This document shows, piece after piece, positions 10,501-18,385 of a stretch of 64,000 nt of DNA. The stretch lies in the NCBI GenBank assembly GCA_965248535.1, contig CBDFJR010000005.1, forward strand, positions 1,280,001 through 1,344,000, given 5' to 3'. The notes under the pieces are model-generated. The model made no database searches. It was not told the DNA's origin and saw nothing but the letters and a program-made list of their open reading frames with translations. Position 1 is the first letter of the stretch. Each line of letters starts with the position of its first letter. Both the position numbers and the translations under genes were made by a program. The DNA comes from Phormidesmis sp. (lineage in GTDB: Bacteria > Cyanobacteriota > Cyanobacteriia > Leptolyngbyales > Leptolyngbyaceae).

Positions 10501-11170
10501 TTTTATACCAACTCAAATATTGTTTAGGAGACTCAAAATAGCCCAAATAATCTGGGTGCAGCAATCCGATATTAGGAGTCTCGATCGGAGGCGCAATGTC
10601 TCCAACATCTAACCCTAAATACTTCTCTGCCAAAACCCAAAACAGAGCCGCTACATTTTCTGATCCTCCTGCATTCCAATAGCCATAAATAATCAGCCAG
10701 TTCCGCAGATCTTGCACCTTTTGACCGGGCAGAAATTTCAGTAATTTTGGACCAATTTTGAGAAAGCTAATATAGCCCGCCAGTTTATCTTCTTCTCGCC
10801 CATTGCCAAACTTATCGAGAATGAATTTAACAGGTTTTGGCATCCCCTTAGGCTTGTCTCCAATGGCAAACTTGCCGAGTTGGGTGAGGCTCATCAACTC
10901 TAACGCCGACTCAAACACTAACCGCATGGGGATTTGCTGCACTCGCTGCCGCAGCCACATCACCTGATCATAGTCAAACAGCAAACTTCCAAAAAACGCA
11001 TCCGCCCCTTGCAGCGCCGATTCAACTTGGGTGGGCTGAAGAGTGAGATCACGATCGCTAAACACCAAAATCTCTAAGTCTGGGCATCGCATCTGAGCTA
11101 CTTGAGCCGCCTGACGGTAAAGATCCGCATTAAAAGACTCAAACCCAGCGATTAAAACAATCCGTTTCAT
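7523..11170 (-). CDS. bchH: Magnesium chelatase subunit H homolog (short BchH-type paralog)
   Basis: CobN/Mg-chelatase motifs HFGMHGTVEWLPG, LPTGRNIHALDP, DLSGIFRD-like NLSGIFRD, RTKLLNPKW; 1215 aa. Confidence 0.88.
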   Translation of the reverse strand: MKRIVLIAGFESFNADLYRQAAQVAQMRCPDLEILVFSDRDLTLQPTQVESALQGADAFFGSLLFDYDQVMWLRQRVQQIPMRLVFESALELMSLTQLGKFAIGDKPKGMPKPVKFILDKFGNGREEDKLAGYISFLKIGPKLLKFLPGQKVQDLRNWLIIYGYWNAGGSENVAALFWVLAEKYLGLDVGDIAPPIETPNIGLLHPDYLGYFESPKQYLSWYKTRQSKNLPVVGILLYRKHVITKQPYIAQLIRQFEQANLIPLPIFINGVEGHVAVRDLMTTDYEQAQRQQGIIETKSLSSEAAKVDAIVSTIGFPLVGGPAGSMEAGRQTEVAKRILSAKNIPYLVAAPLLIQDIHSWTRQGIGGLQSVVLYALPELDGAIDTIPLGGLVGEKIYLIPERVKRLTGRLQKWIDLRRKSVSDRKLAIILYGFPPGYGAVGTAALLNVPKSLLKLLQALKDQGYTIGELPQDGEEIIRQVKQADEWIGEFQTDDSTHQSINVRTLEKWLGYLLTSRIEKQWKSLSGSGIKTMGEALTWGGVQFGNVWIGVQPPLGISGDPMRLMFDRDLTPHPQYAAFYQWLQKDFQASAIVHFGMHGTVEWLPGSPLGNTGYSWSDVLLGNLPNLYIYAANNPSESILAKRRGYGVLISHNVPPYGRAGLYKELVTLRDLIAEYREDSDKNYALKEVICKKISDTGLDADCPFIDAQKMGMGVTIETVKLFSNEAFNRYLITLYDYLQILENRLFSSGLHVLGEPPNPEELDSYLNAYFDGAAETEEASKIRDLLAQNTDELTNLLRGLNGEYIPPAPGGDLLRDGAEVLPTGRNIHALDPYRMPSPAAYERGRAIAQQILTQHLQQHGTYPETVAVMLWGLDAIKTKGESLGILLELVGAEPVKEGTGRIVRYELRPLAEVGHPRIDVLANLSGIFRDSFVNIIELLDDLFQRAADADEPDDQNFVRKHVKPLIAQGVENPSARLFSNPSGDYGSLVNDRVVAGNWESGDELAQTWQSRNGFSYGRTDKGQDRSLILESLLNTTDRIIQEIDSVEYGLTDIQEYYANTGGLKRAAEKQQGKKVQASFVESFSKDTTPRDLDDLLRLEYRTKLLNPKWAEAMADQGSGGAYEISQRMTALIGWGGTVDFQESWVYDQAAETYALDSEMANKLRSANPEAFRNIVSRMLEANGRGFWQPEPEKLAQLRDLYETADEAIEGVAIAV

Positions 11171-11278
11171 GCCCTAAGTGTCAAAAAGATCTGATGTCTC
11201 AATCTTAAAGCAGTCTCCCCTCAGAAAGGCACCTCTCATCAGCAGGAGGAGATCCAGACTTTGATCGGATCGAATTGA

Positions 11279-11307
11279 TTGACAGTTCATCTTAATTCTT
11301 TTATAGT
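11279..11307 (+). promoter_or_regulatory. Sigma70-type promoter of the parM-like operon
   Basis: TTGACA (11279-11284) - 17 nt - TATAGT (11302-11307); AAGGAG RBS before ATG 11392. Confidence 0.75.
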
Positions 11308-11319
11308 ACCTGTGTACTA
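11304..11319. promoter_or_regulatory. LexA box overlapping the -10 element
   Basis: TAGTAC-CTGT-GTACTA with perfectly palindromic arms; fits the cyanobacterial consensus RGTACNNNDGTWCB. Confidence 0.8.
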
Positions 11320-11391
11320 ACTGGGCAAATCTGAAGGCAATCGGGGACATATGATCGCAGCCCTTTCCGCATCAGTATAAAGGAGAAACCA

Positions 11392-12462
11392 ATGACCAGT
11401 GTAGAAACCAGACAGGCAAAGGCCAAAAAAGAAATGACGATCGCCACGCCAGATCTTCCTGCAATAGAATCGCCCGTTCGCTCTGCGCCAACCCGATCGC
11501 TGGCTCTCGATGGGGGAAACTATGATCTCAAGTTTTGGGATGGCACCGGAATTCCTAAAGCGATTCGCTCGATTCGATTTCAGGTTCCCCAGGGTCGTGA
11601 TCCCGTCCGTTATTCCGATAGTTCTCCGCTCGTAGAGTTGCCTGACGGCACGCGCTATCACTTTGGCACCCAGGCTTATAAATATCGCAGACAGCAGCAA
11701 ACCGTGGTCGAAAATAAGGTTGACCTGGCCCGGCTGCATCTCTATGCCTGTTTAGAAGCAGACCGATCGGTTGAAGATCTCTGCCAGTTTCATCTTCAGC
11801 TTCACGTCTCAACCCCCGAACCTGCTAAAAGTCAGGAGTCGTTGAGGTCACAACTGATGGGCGTGCATGAGTTTAAGCGCAACGGCATTCCGTTTAGGGT
11901 GACGGTCGATCAGGTTGAGGTTGAGCGAGAAGGGTTGGGTTCCTATCGCTACGCGCAGCGGCTAGGGCTGATCGCCGAAAGTGGCTATACGATCGTGGTC
12001 GATATTGGCGGCGGCACCTGGATCACTCGCTTAATGGATGCCGAAGGAGACGTGATTGACGAAAACGTGATGGATCGCGGCGGCGCTTATGAACTAGCAA
12101 CAGCCATCAGTTTTGATAAGCGCTTGACCAATGTGTTATCCACCACTGCCGACCCCGCGATCGTCATGGATGGGTTTAAAACAGGACACAACTACGCCGA
12201 TACAGGGCTATCGTGGTCGCTCTGGCTTGACGACTATCTTGACCCCTGGTTTAAAGGCATCTTTCAGACGATCAAAGCGCAATACACCCCTTATATGGCC
12301 AGGGTGACGCGGTTTTTGGTAACTGGCGGAAGCTCTCATCTGATCGCCGAACGGCTGGCGGGGCGCAAGTTATTTGCGGTCATGCCCGAACCTCAGTTTG
12401 CCAACGTTCGCGGTCTATTTCCCATTAACGAAGGATTGCAGCTATGTATGACAACAAAGTGA
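11392..12462 (+). CDS. ParM/StbA-family actin-like ATPase
   Basis: Actin-fold motifs: phosphate-1 LALDGGNYDLK, connect-1 EREGLG, phosphate-2 VVDIGGGT, adenosine LVTGGSS, connect-2 PQFANVRG. Confidence 0.88.
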   Translation: MTSVETRQAKAKKEMTIATPDLPAIESPVRSAPTRSLALDGGNYDLKFWDGTGIPKAIRSIRFQVPQGRDPVRYSDSSPLVELPDGTRYHFGTQAYKYRRQQQTVVENKVDLARLHLYACLEADRSVEDLCQFHLQLHVSTPEPAKSQESLRSQLMGVHEFKRNGIPFRVTVDQVEVEREGLGSYRYAQRLGLIAESGYTIVVDIGGGTWITRLMDAEGDVIDENVMDRGGAYELATAISFDKRLTNVLSTTADPAIVMDGFKTGHNYADTGLSWSLWLDDYLDPWFKGIFQTIKAQYTPYMARVTRFLVTGGSSHLIAERLAGRKLFAVMPEPQFANVRGLFPINEGLQLCMTTK

Positions 12463-12686
12463 GACTCAGCGAAGATGTGCTAGAAAAGGCAGAAATGATT
12501 GCCTCAGAATGGGGTTTGAAGAATGCACGAGCCGCGATCGAGGCCGTTTTTCGCAAATATGCCGACGATTATTTGTATGGACGAACCCAGTTTGGTGGTG
12601 GAGATACGATCGTGCCCTTTAGACAGGTGAATTCGTCTAGCGATTGTGATGCATTAGACGAGTTAGACGAGTTGTTAGGGCTTTAA
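12444..12686 (+). CDS. Small ParR-like partner protein (putative ribbon-helix-helix N-terminus, acidic C-terminal helix)
   Basis: Overlaps the ATPase gene by 19 nt, with AAGGA upstream; beta-alpha-alpha-like KVRLSEDVLEKAEMIASEWGLKNARAAIEAVFRKY; tail ALDELDELLGL. Confidence 0.65.
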   Translation: MYDNKVRLSEDVLEKAEMIASEWGLKNARAAIEAVFRKYADDYLYGRTQFGGGDTIVPFRQVNSSSDCDALDELDELLGL

Positions 12687-12801
12687 CCTCGTGGATTAAA
12701 TCAGATCACTGGCACAGGCAATGGGCATGGCATGGCTCTGCCCTAGCGCGGAGGGTTCCTGCCATCGCCCCTGTTTCTTGATTTGTTTGCTGAAGATGAG
12801 G

Positions 12802-13533
12802 TTATGTGTCTTGAGATAGCTCATCCCACAGAGAAGTGGTTTGGCGCAAGCTGAGGTGATTTCCGTTGCCCAAAATTAGGTGATCTAAAAGCGGAATGTC
12901 TAAAAACTTTGCTCCTGTTAGCAGTTGGCGAGTCAGGGCAAGGTCTTCAGGGCTGGGTTCGACATTGCCAGAGGGGTGATTGTGGGCGATGATCACGCGA
13001 GTTGCTCCCTGACGGAGCACTTCTCTAAAAATGTCGCGGGGATGGGCAAGGGTTTCTGTCGCCGTGCCGATCGTGATAATTTGCGTCCCGATCAGACGGT
13101 GTTTTGTGTCGAGCAGCAGCACGGCAAATCGCTCCTGGTTTTGCCACATGAGATCATTACTCAACGCTGCCGCCGCCACTGCGGGGTCATCAATCACCGT
13201 TTTTTCGGGCGGTCGAGATTGATAGACGCGCTTGCCAAGCTCGATCGCTGCCAAAATCGTAGTGGCCTTTGCCGGGCCAACCCCCGAAATCTTGATCAAT
13301 TGTTGAATGCTGACCTCTCGCAAAACGCCGAGGGGATCGCGCTGATGCTGGCTCAATTCTTGCAGCATGAATTGCCCTAACCCAACGGCCGAAAGCTTTC
13401 CGGCTCCCTGCCCGGTGCCCAGTAAGATCGCAATTAACTCTGCTGTAGAGAGAATCTTGGCACCCTGGGCCATCAACCGTTCGCGGGGTCGCTCGCTCAT
13501 CGGCAAATCGGCGATTCTCAGGCTGTAGGTCAT
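12802..13533 (-). CDS. radC: RadC-family JAB-domain protein
   Basis: ERPRERL, GVGPAKA Hh[20 protein letters not shown] and LLDHLI motifs. Confidence 0.95.
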   Translation of the reverse strand: MTYSLRIADLPMSERPRERLMAQGAKILSTAELIAILLGTGQGAGKLSAVGLGQFMLQELSQHQRDPLGVLREVSIQQLIKISGVGPAKATTILAAIELGKRVYQSRPPEKTVIDDPAVAAAALSNDLMWQNQERFAVLLLDTKHRLIGTQIITIGTATETLAHPRDIFREVLRQGATRVIIAHNHPSGNVEPSPEDLALTRQLLTGAKFLDIPLLDHLILGNGNHLSLRQTTSLWDELSQDT

Positions 13534-13821
13534 GATTAGACTCAGAAACTATTTCGTTAGGAATAGATTGAGTAATCCCTGAGGGGAGGGTGAGAGCGAC
13601 ACAAACTGTTAGCGGAGCGAGCGTAAAGACCCGATCGCTCAAGTTTGGGACATGAGCGATCGGCACTTGAGTTTAGCGCCCAAACCCCTAGAGCCAAGCA
13701 CCGAGAGTATTTCAGTGATTCGTATTTGAAAACTGCAAGCAAGGAATGCTCTCCAAGAAAAGAGTTCCACAACCCCATATCGCAGAGAGAAGAATCGCCG
13801 ATCCGTTAGAAGTAGGAATTG

Positions 13822-14445
13822 TTAAAGCGTGCCATAGCCTCGCCAAACGCCCACCAAAACGCCCTGCACATCTACTTGGGCCGCCGCAACTTCGGTGACA
13901 GGGTAGAGGTCTCGATTGGAGTTTCCGGGTTGCAAGATCACCTTGCTGCCTTTTCTTTGAAAATATTTCAGCGTCGTTTTTCCTTCGACTCGTGCGGCAA
14001 CGATCGCGTTGTTTTTCAAAATCTTGGGGTCGGGCACTGGCTGCATGATCACGACATCGCCGTCATCGATCAGCGCATCGATCATGCTGTGCCCCCGTAC
14101 TTTTAAGGCAAAATGCTGGGGCTTGAGCAGCAGGCTAGAGAGATCGAGGTGCTCAACTTCAGTGTCAGAAAAGTTTTCTACGAGGCTGGTTGCGGCGATC
14201 GCGCCTAAAATTGGCACTCCTTTGGGTTCGGGGTGCAGCAGTCGAATGGTGCGGGCCTGCCCTTCTGTCCAGATGATATAGCCTTTATTTCGCAGGTGTT
14301 CTAAGCGGCTCTGCACGGGGGCGGGAGACTTAAGATTCATCGCGGCCATCATCTGCCGAATCGAGGGAGAATGCTGATGTTGATGAATATAGTCGGCTAA
14401 CCAGTCATAGAGTTGTCGCTGCGGGTCGGTGAGAGATTCCAGCAT
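13822..14445 (-). CDS. lexA: LexA repressor (Ala-Gly cleavage site replaced by Ala-Thr)
   Basis: Winged-helix SPSIRQMM..SPAPVQSRLEHL; S24 peptidase GHSMI and TLK; cleavage region reads GAIAATSL. Confidence 0.92.
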   Translation of the reverse strand: MLESLTDPQRQLYDWLADYIHQHQHSPSIRQMMAAMNLKSPAPVQSRLEHLRNKGYIIWTEGQARTIRLLHPEPKGVPILGAIAATSLVENFSDTEVEHLDLSSLLLKPQHFALKVRGHSMIDALIDDGDVVIMQPVPDPKILKNNAIVAARVEGKTTLKYFQRKGSKVILQPGNSNRDLYPVTEVAAAQVDVQGVLVGVWRGYGTL

Positions 14446-14470
14446 AAGTAGTACAAATGAGAAAAGATTT

Positions 14471-14544
14471 TAGAACATTTGTATCACGTATTAGTACAAT
14501 CGTCTAGGGGTTTAAACAAAAGATTTTTTAGAACAGTTGTATCG
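14471..14544. promoter_or_regulatory. Two degenerate LexA boxes upstream of lexA (putative autoregulation)
   Basis: TAGAACATTTGTATCA (14471-14486) and TAGAACAGTTGTATCG (14529-14544), plus TAGTAC half-sites at 14449 and 14492. Confidence 0.55.
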
Positions 14545-14654
14545 TTCACTTTAACGGTTAGGTAGCAATCTAAATCAAGATTGCGATCGTTCTTAATGCA
14601 GTTCGTTTGCGATAATGGGTGGGTTGATAAACCGCTGTTTTGATTCGGTGACTT

Positions 14655-15575
14655 ATGACTGCTGCTGCAACCACCCCTCGTCTCGCCTCTCGCGTTGTAA
14701 ATCGCATTCTGGCGATCAAGCCTTTGTTTAATCTGGCAAAATATCAGGCGCGTCAGATGATGATTAAGCGGGCAGCGTCGATCGGGGTGCAGTGGGTTCA
14801 AGAAGCTGAGAGGCTACGATCGCGCGATTGGACAGCCGGATTTAATCAAGTCAACAATCCCAATTTGGTCTATCCCGATTATTATTTGCGTCCCTTTCAC
14901 GCCTACAACGAGGGCAACTTGGGCTGGCAGCCTGCTAGCGAAGTTGAAGTGGCTGCTTACTCAGTTCATGCCAGAATCTGGAAAGATGCCGGAGCCGAAG
15001 GCGATGCCCGACTGCGCCAGAGCTATCACGATCATTTAAAAGGTCAACTGCCCAGCCTACCTAACGACATTGTGGACTTAGGCTGTAGCGTTGGCATGAG
15101 CACCTTTGCGCTCCAAAAGACGTTTCCTAATGCCAAGATGACGGGAGTCGATTTATCGCCTTATTTTCTGGCGGTGGCCGACTATCAAACTCAACGTTTA
15201 CACTCACAGAATCCGCCGACTTGGGTTCATGCTGCTGCCGAATCAACAGGTTTACCCTCCGCCGCGTTTGACTTAGTGTCTGCTTGTTTGATGTTTCATG
15301 AACTGCCTCGAACGGCGGCGATCGCGATCTTGCAAGAAGCCAAACGACTGCTGCGACCCGGCGGGCACTTAGCGATTATGGATATGAATCCTAAGTCAGA
15401 AATCTATGCCAAGATGCCGCCCTATATTCTGACGCTGCTCAAAAGCACTGAGCCGTATATAGATGATTACTTCTCGTTTGATCTTGAGGGCGCGATCGCC
15501 CAGTCAGGCTTTACTCACCCTACCGTGACCTGCAACACGCCACGCCACCGCACGATCGTGGCTCAGGTTAAATAG
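14655..15575 (+). CDS. Class I SAM-dependent methyltransferase (UbiE-like fold)
   Basis: IVDLGCSVG, GVDLSP, FHELP and RLLRPGG motifs. Confidence 0.85.
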   Translation: MTAAATTPRLASRVVNRILAIKPLFNLAKYQARQMMIKRAASIGVQWVQEAERLRSRDWTAGFNQVNNPNLVYPDYYLRPFHAYNEGNLGWQPASEVEVAAYSVHARIWKDAGAEGDARLRQSYHDHLKGQLPSLPNDIVDLGCSVGMSTFALQKTFPNAKMTGVDLSPYFLAVADYQTQRLHSQNPPTWVHAAAESTGLPSAAFDLVSACLMFHELPRTAAIAILQEAKRLLRPGGHLAIMDMNPKSEIYAKMPPYILTLLKSTEPYIDDYFSFDLEGAIAQSGFTHPTVTCNTPRHRTIVAQVK

Positions 15576-15724
15576 CCGATCGCCCAATCTATTTCGCATT
15601 AACAGGGGTCTCGATCGCGCCCAAACTCAGAGTCTTAATCTAATCTTCCAAGCTAGATTCAGGGGATCAAGCTATTTTGGGGGTAATCATAGCCCCAGCG
15701 AATATAGAGTTGGCAGAGAATCTT

Positions 15725-17236
15725 ATGGCACAAAGTTTTGGCGTAATTGGTCTTGCGGTGATGGGCGAAAACCTAGCGCTGAACGTTGAGCGGAATGGTT
15801 TCCCCGTTTCTGTCTATAACCGCTCCCGTGAAAAGACTGACGCATTTATGGAGCAACGAGCACAAGGCAAAAATGTCGTTGCAACCTATACGATCGAAGA
15901 GTTTGTCGCGTCTTTAGAACGTCCGCGTAAAATTTTGATCATGGTCAAAGCGGGTGCCCCAGTGGATGCCGTGATCGACCAACTCACCCCCCTCCTTGAT
16001 GAAGGCGACATCATGATCGATGGTGGCAACTCGCTGTTTAGCGACACCGCCCGCCGCGCTCACGCCCTTGAAGCCGCAAAGTTCACATTCATTGGCATGG
16101 GGGTGAGTGGCGGCGAAGAAGGCGCGCTCAACGGCCCCAGCTTGATGCCCGGAGGCACTAAACAGGCTTATGACTATCTAGAGCCGATTTTGACTAAAAT
16201 CGCGGCTCAGGTCGACGATGGCGCTTGTGTGACCTATATCGGCCCAGGTGGGGCAGGTCATTATGTCAAGATGGTGCACAACGGCATTGAATATGGCGAT
16301 ATGCAGTTGATTGCCGAAGCCTATGATCTGCTTAAAAGCGTCATTGGATTGAACCACGAAGAGTTACACGAGGTCTTTACCCAGTGGAACACGACGGACG
16401 AACTCAATTCTTATCTGATTGAGATCACGGCTGATATCTTTAAGCGGATTGATCCTGACACGGGGCTGCCGATCGTCGAGCTAATCTTAGATGCCGCCGG
16501 GCAAAAAGGCACCGGACGCTGGACGGTGGTTGACTCGCTCGAACAGGGCGTTGCGATTCCGACGATCATTGCTGCGATCACGGCTCGCATTATGTCTTCT
16601 TATAAGACCGAGCGAACGGAAGCGTCTCATGTGTTAACGGGGCCGAGCGCTCAGTTTAGCGGCGACAAGAAAGCCTTTATTGACATGGTGCGCGATGCTC
16701 TCTATTGCTCCAAAATGTGCTCTTATGCTCAGGGCATGGCGCTGTTGAGCGCGGCTTCTAAGACCTATAGCTATGACCTAAACTTGAGTGAGTGTTCTCG
16801 CATCTGGAAGGGTGGCTGCATCATTCGGGCTAGGTTTTTAGACAAAATCAAGAAGGCCTTCAACGAAAACCCCAATCTGCCCAACCTGCTGTTAGCACCT
16901 GAGTTTAAGCAGACGATTCTCGACAAACAAGAAGCTTGGCGAGAGGTGATCGCCCAAGCCGCTAAGATGGGCATTGCTGTTCCGGCGTTTAGTGCCTCAC
17001 TGGATTATTTTGACAGCTATCGGCGCGATCGCTTGCCTCAAAATCTCACCCAGGCCCAGCGCGACTATTTCGGTGCTCACACCTATCTGCGAACCGACAA
17101 AGAAGGCGTTTTTCACACTGACTGGAGTGATATCTCGTCAGCCAATGTGTCTACTCCTCGCAAGTTGACGGCAGATGAGCCAGCCGCTAAGGTCGAAGAT
17201 GTGCAAATCAAAGAAGTGAAGTCTAAAGCGAGTTGA
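15725..17236 (+). CDS. gnd: 6-phosphogluconate dehydrogenase (decarboxylating)
   Basis: [36 protein letters not shown]; start placed at ATG 15725. Confidence 0.97.
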   Translation: MAQSFGVIGLAVMGENLALNVERNGFPVSVYNRSREKTDAFMEQRAQGKNVVATYTIEEFVASLERPRKILIMVKAGAPVDAVIDQLTPLLDEGDIMIDGGNSLFSDTARRAHALEAAKFTFIGMGVSGGEEGALNGPSLMPGGTKQAYDYLEPILTKIAAQVDDGACVTYIGPGGAGHYVKMVHNGIEYGDMQLIAEAYDLLKSVIGLNHEELHEVFTQWNTTDELNSYLIEITADIFKRIDPDTGLPIVELILDAAGQKGTGRWTVVDSLEQGVAIPTIIAAITARIMSSYKTERTEASHVLTGPSAQFSGDKKAFIDMVRDALYCSKMCSYAQGMALLSAASKTYSYDLNLSECSRIWKGGCIIRARFLDKIKKAFNENPNLPNLLLAPEFKQTILDKQEAWREVIAQAAKMGIAVPAFSASLDYFDSYRRDRLPQNLTQAQRDYFGAHTYLRTDKEGVFHTDWSDISSANVSTPRKLTADEPAAKVEDVQIKEVKSKAS

Positions 17237-17263
17237 GCTTTGGGCTTAACAACTTCATAGCCA

Positions 17264-17437
17264 AACGTGAATTCGACGAGTTTTTTCGCTTCGTTCTCAG
17301 CAACTTCTGTCCCCCAAGTCCCCCACGAGTGAGGGACTTTGAGCCAAGACTTCTACGTCAAAGTTCCCCAAAATGGGGGATTCAGGGGGCTTTCGAGATT
17401 CATAATCGGAGCGAGCTACCTCTGTCGAACTGAGGTT
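17264..17437 (+). mobile_element. MITE-like element sharing its core with the 4.8/5.3-kb copies but with different ends
   Basis: Ends AACGTGAATTCGAC ... GTCGAACTGAGGTT (11/14 complementary); core GGGACTTTGA..TCAAAGTTCCCC..TGGGGGATTCAGGGGGC. Confidence 0.6.
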
Positions 17438-17460
17438 AACCAAACATTTCTCACAAGACT

Positions 17461-17488
17461 AGGGCGCTGTAAATCGCGCCCTTTTTTG
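17461..17488 (+). terminator. Probable intrinsic terminator downstream of gnd
   Basis: AGGGCGC-loop-GCGCCCT followed by a T-run. Confidence 0.6.
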
Positions 17489-17539
17489 TCGCTTTTTGGC
17501 TAAATTTGCCCTCATCTTCAGCAATGCCGCTTTTTGTTG

Positions 17540-18310
17540 CTACACAGAATGGTGACTTCGAGTTTTGAGGGCAGAGCGCTGAAGCGCGATCGGGGTGGCG
17601 ATCGCCTGCCCCTGACCTTCAGGAAGGCTACGAACTTGATCGAGCGCCTGTAAACCTTCAAGAACGGCATCTCGGACGATCGTGTCTTCTTCTCGACTCA
17701 GCATCACGCGCAGATAATCTGTCAACTGGCGTTTTTGAACGCGATCGCGCTGTTGCTCAATCATCTCAGTCATTCGCCGCACCGCAATCAGTCGCTTGAG
17801 CGGATCGCCATCGGTCAGGTCAGCTAAAACCTGGTCAAAGCGATGAGCAGGGCGATTTTCTGAGCGGTTGGCAGCTTGCCAGATCAAAAGCCCCAAGGCG
17901 GCGATCGTGGCCGCCTGCTGTAAAATCATTCCGGTTGCAATCCAAGGGCTGCCGACTTCAGCCCACAGAGCGGCCGCTAGATAAATGCCAAACGTGGCCG
18001 CGCTGCCACTGGCAACGGCTAACAAAAAGGGCTGATTCCAGCCTTGCAAACCTTTGTGTAGGTCTGACCAAGGCGCTTTCCAGTGGCCGTCTTGCATCAG
18101 GTAAACCAGCATCATCACCGCCACTCCAGCCCCCGTTGCCAGCACGAGACGACCATTCCAAAACAGCAGCCCGATCGTGCCTCCGGTCACTAACAGCCAT
18201 CCGCCAGGGACTGACCACCGACGCAAATTGAAGGGACGATCGCGATCGACAAGGGGCGAGTTTTGCACGAGATTGACCAGATTTCGCCACTGAGATGAAG
18301 TCTGTGCCAC
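17540..18310 (-). CDS. Hypothetical membrane protein with C-terminal HEAT/armadillo-like helices
   Basis: About four hydrophobic segments, then LTDGDPLKRLIAV..EEDTIVRDAVLEGL. Confidence 0.65.
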   Translation of the reverse strand: MAQTSSQWRNLVNLVQNSPLVDRDRPFNLRRWSVPGGWLLVTGGTIGLLFWNGRLVLATGAGVAVMMLVYLMQDGHWKAPWSDLHKGLQGWNQPFLLAVASGSAATFGIYLAAALWAEVGSPWIATGMILQQAATIAALGLLIWQAANRSENRPAHRFDQVLADLTDGDPLKRLIAVRRMTEMIEQQRDRVQKRQLTDYLRVMLSREEDTIVRDAVLEGLQALDQVRSLPEGQGQAIATPIALQRSALKTRSHHSV

Positions 18311-18385
18311 GGTTCTAACCTGTTGACTTAAAAGGCTCCGCTAACACAATAGCTGGTTAACTCGTGAAAGAATTAGCAATTTTAA

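Noticed and set aside
11171..11391. parC centromere upstream of the parM-like gene
   Set aside because: No direct-repeat iterons are visible; the only strong motif is the LexA-type palindrome.
11392..13533. Integrated plasmid or ICE interpretation of parM-like + radC
   Set aside because: No integrase, rep, relaxase or att repeats seen; radC is the full-length chromosomal type with its N-terminal HhH region.
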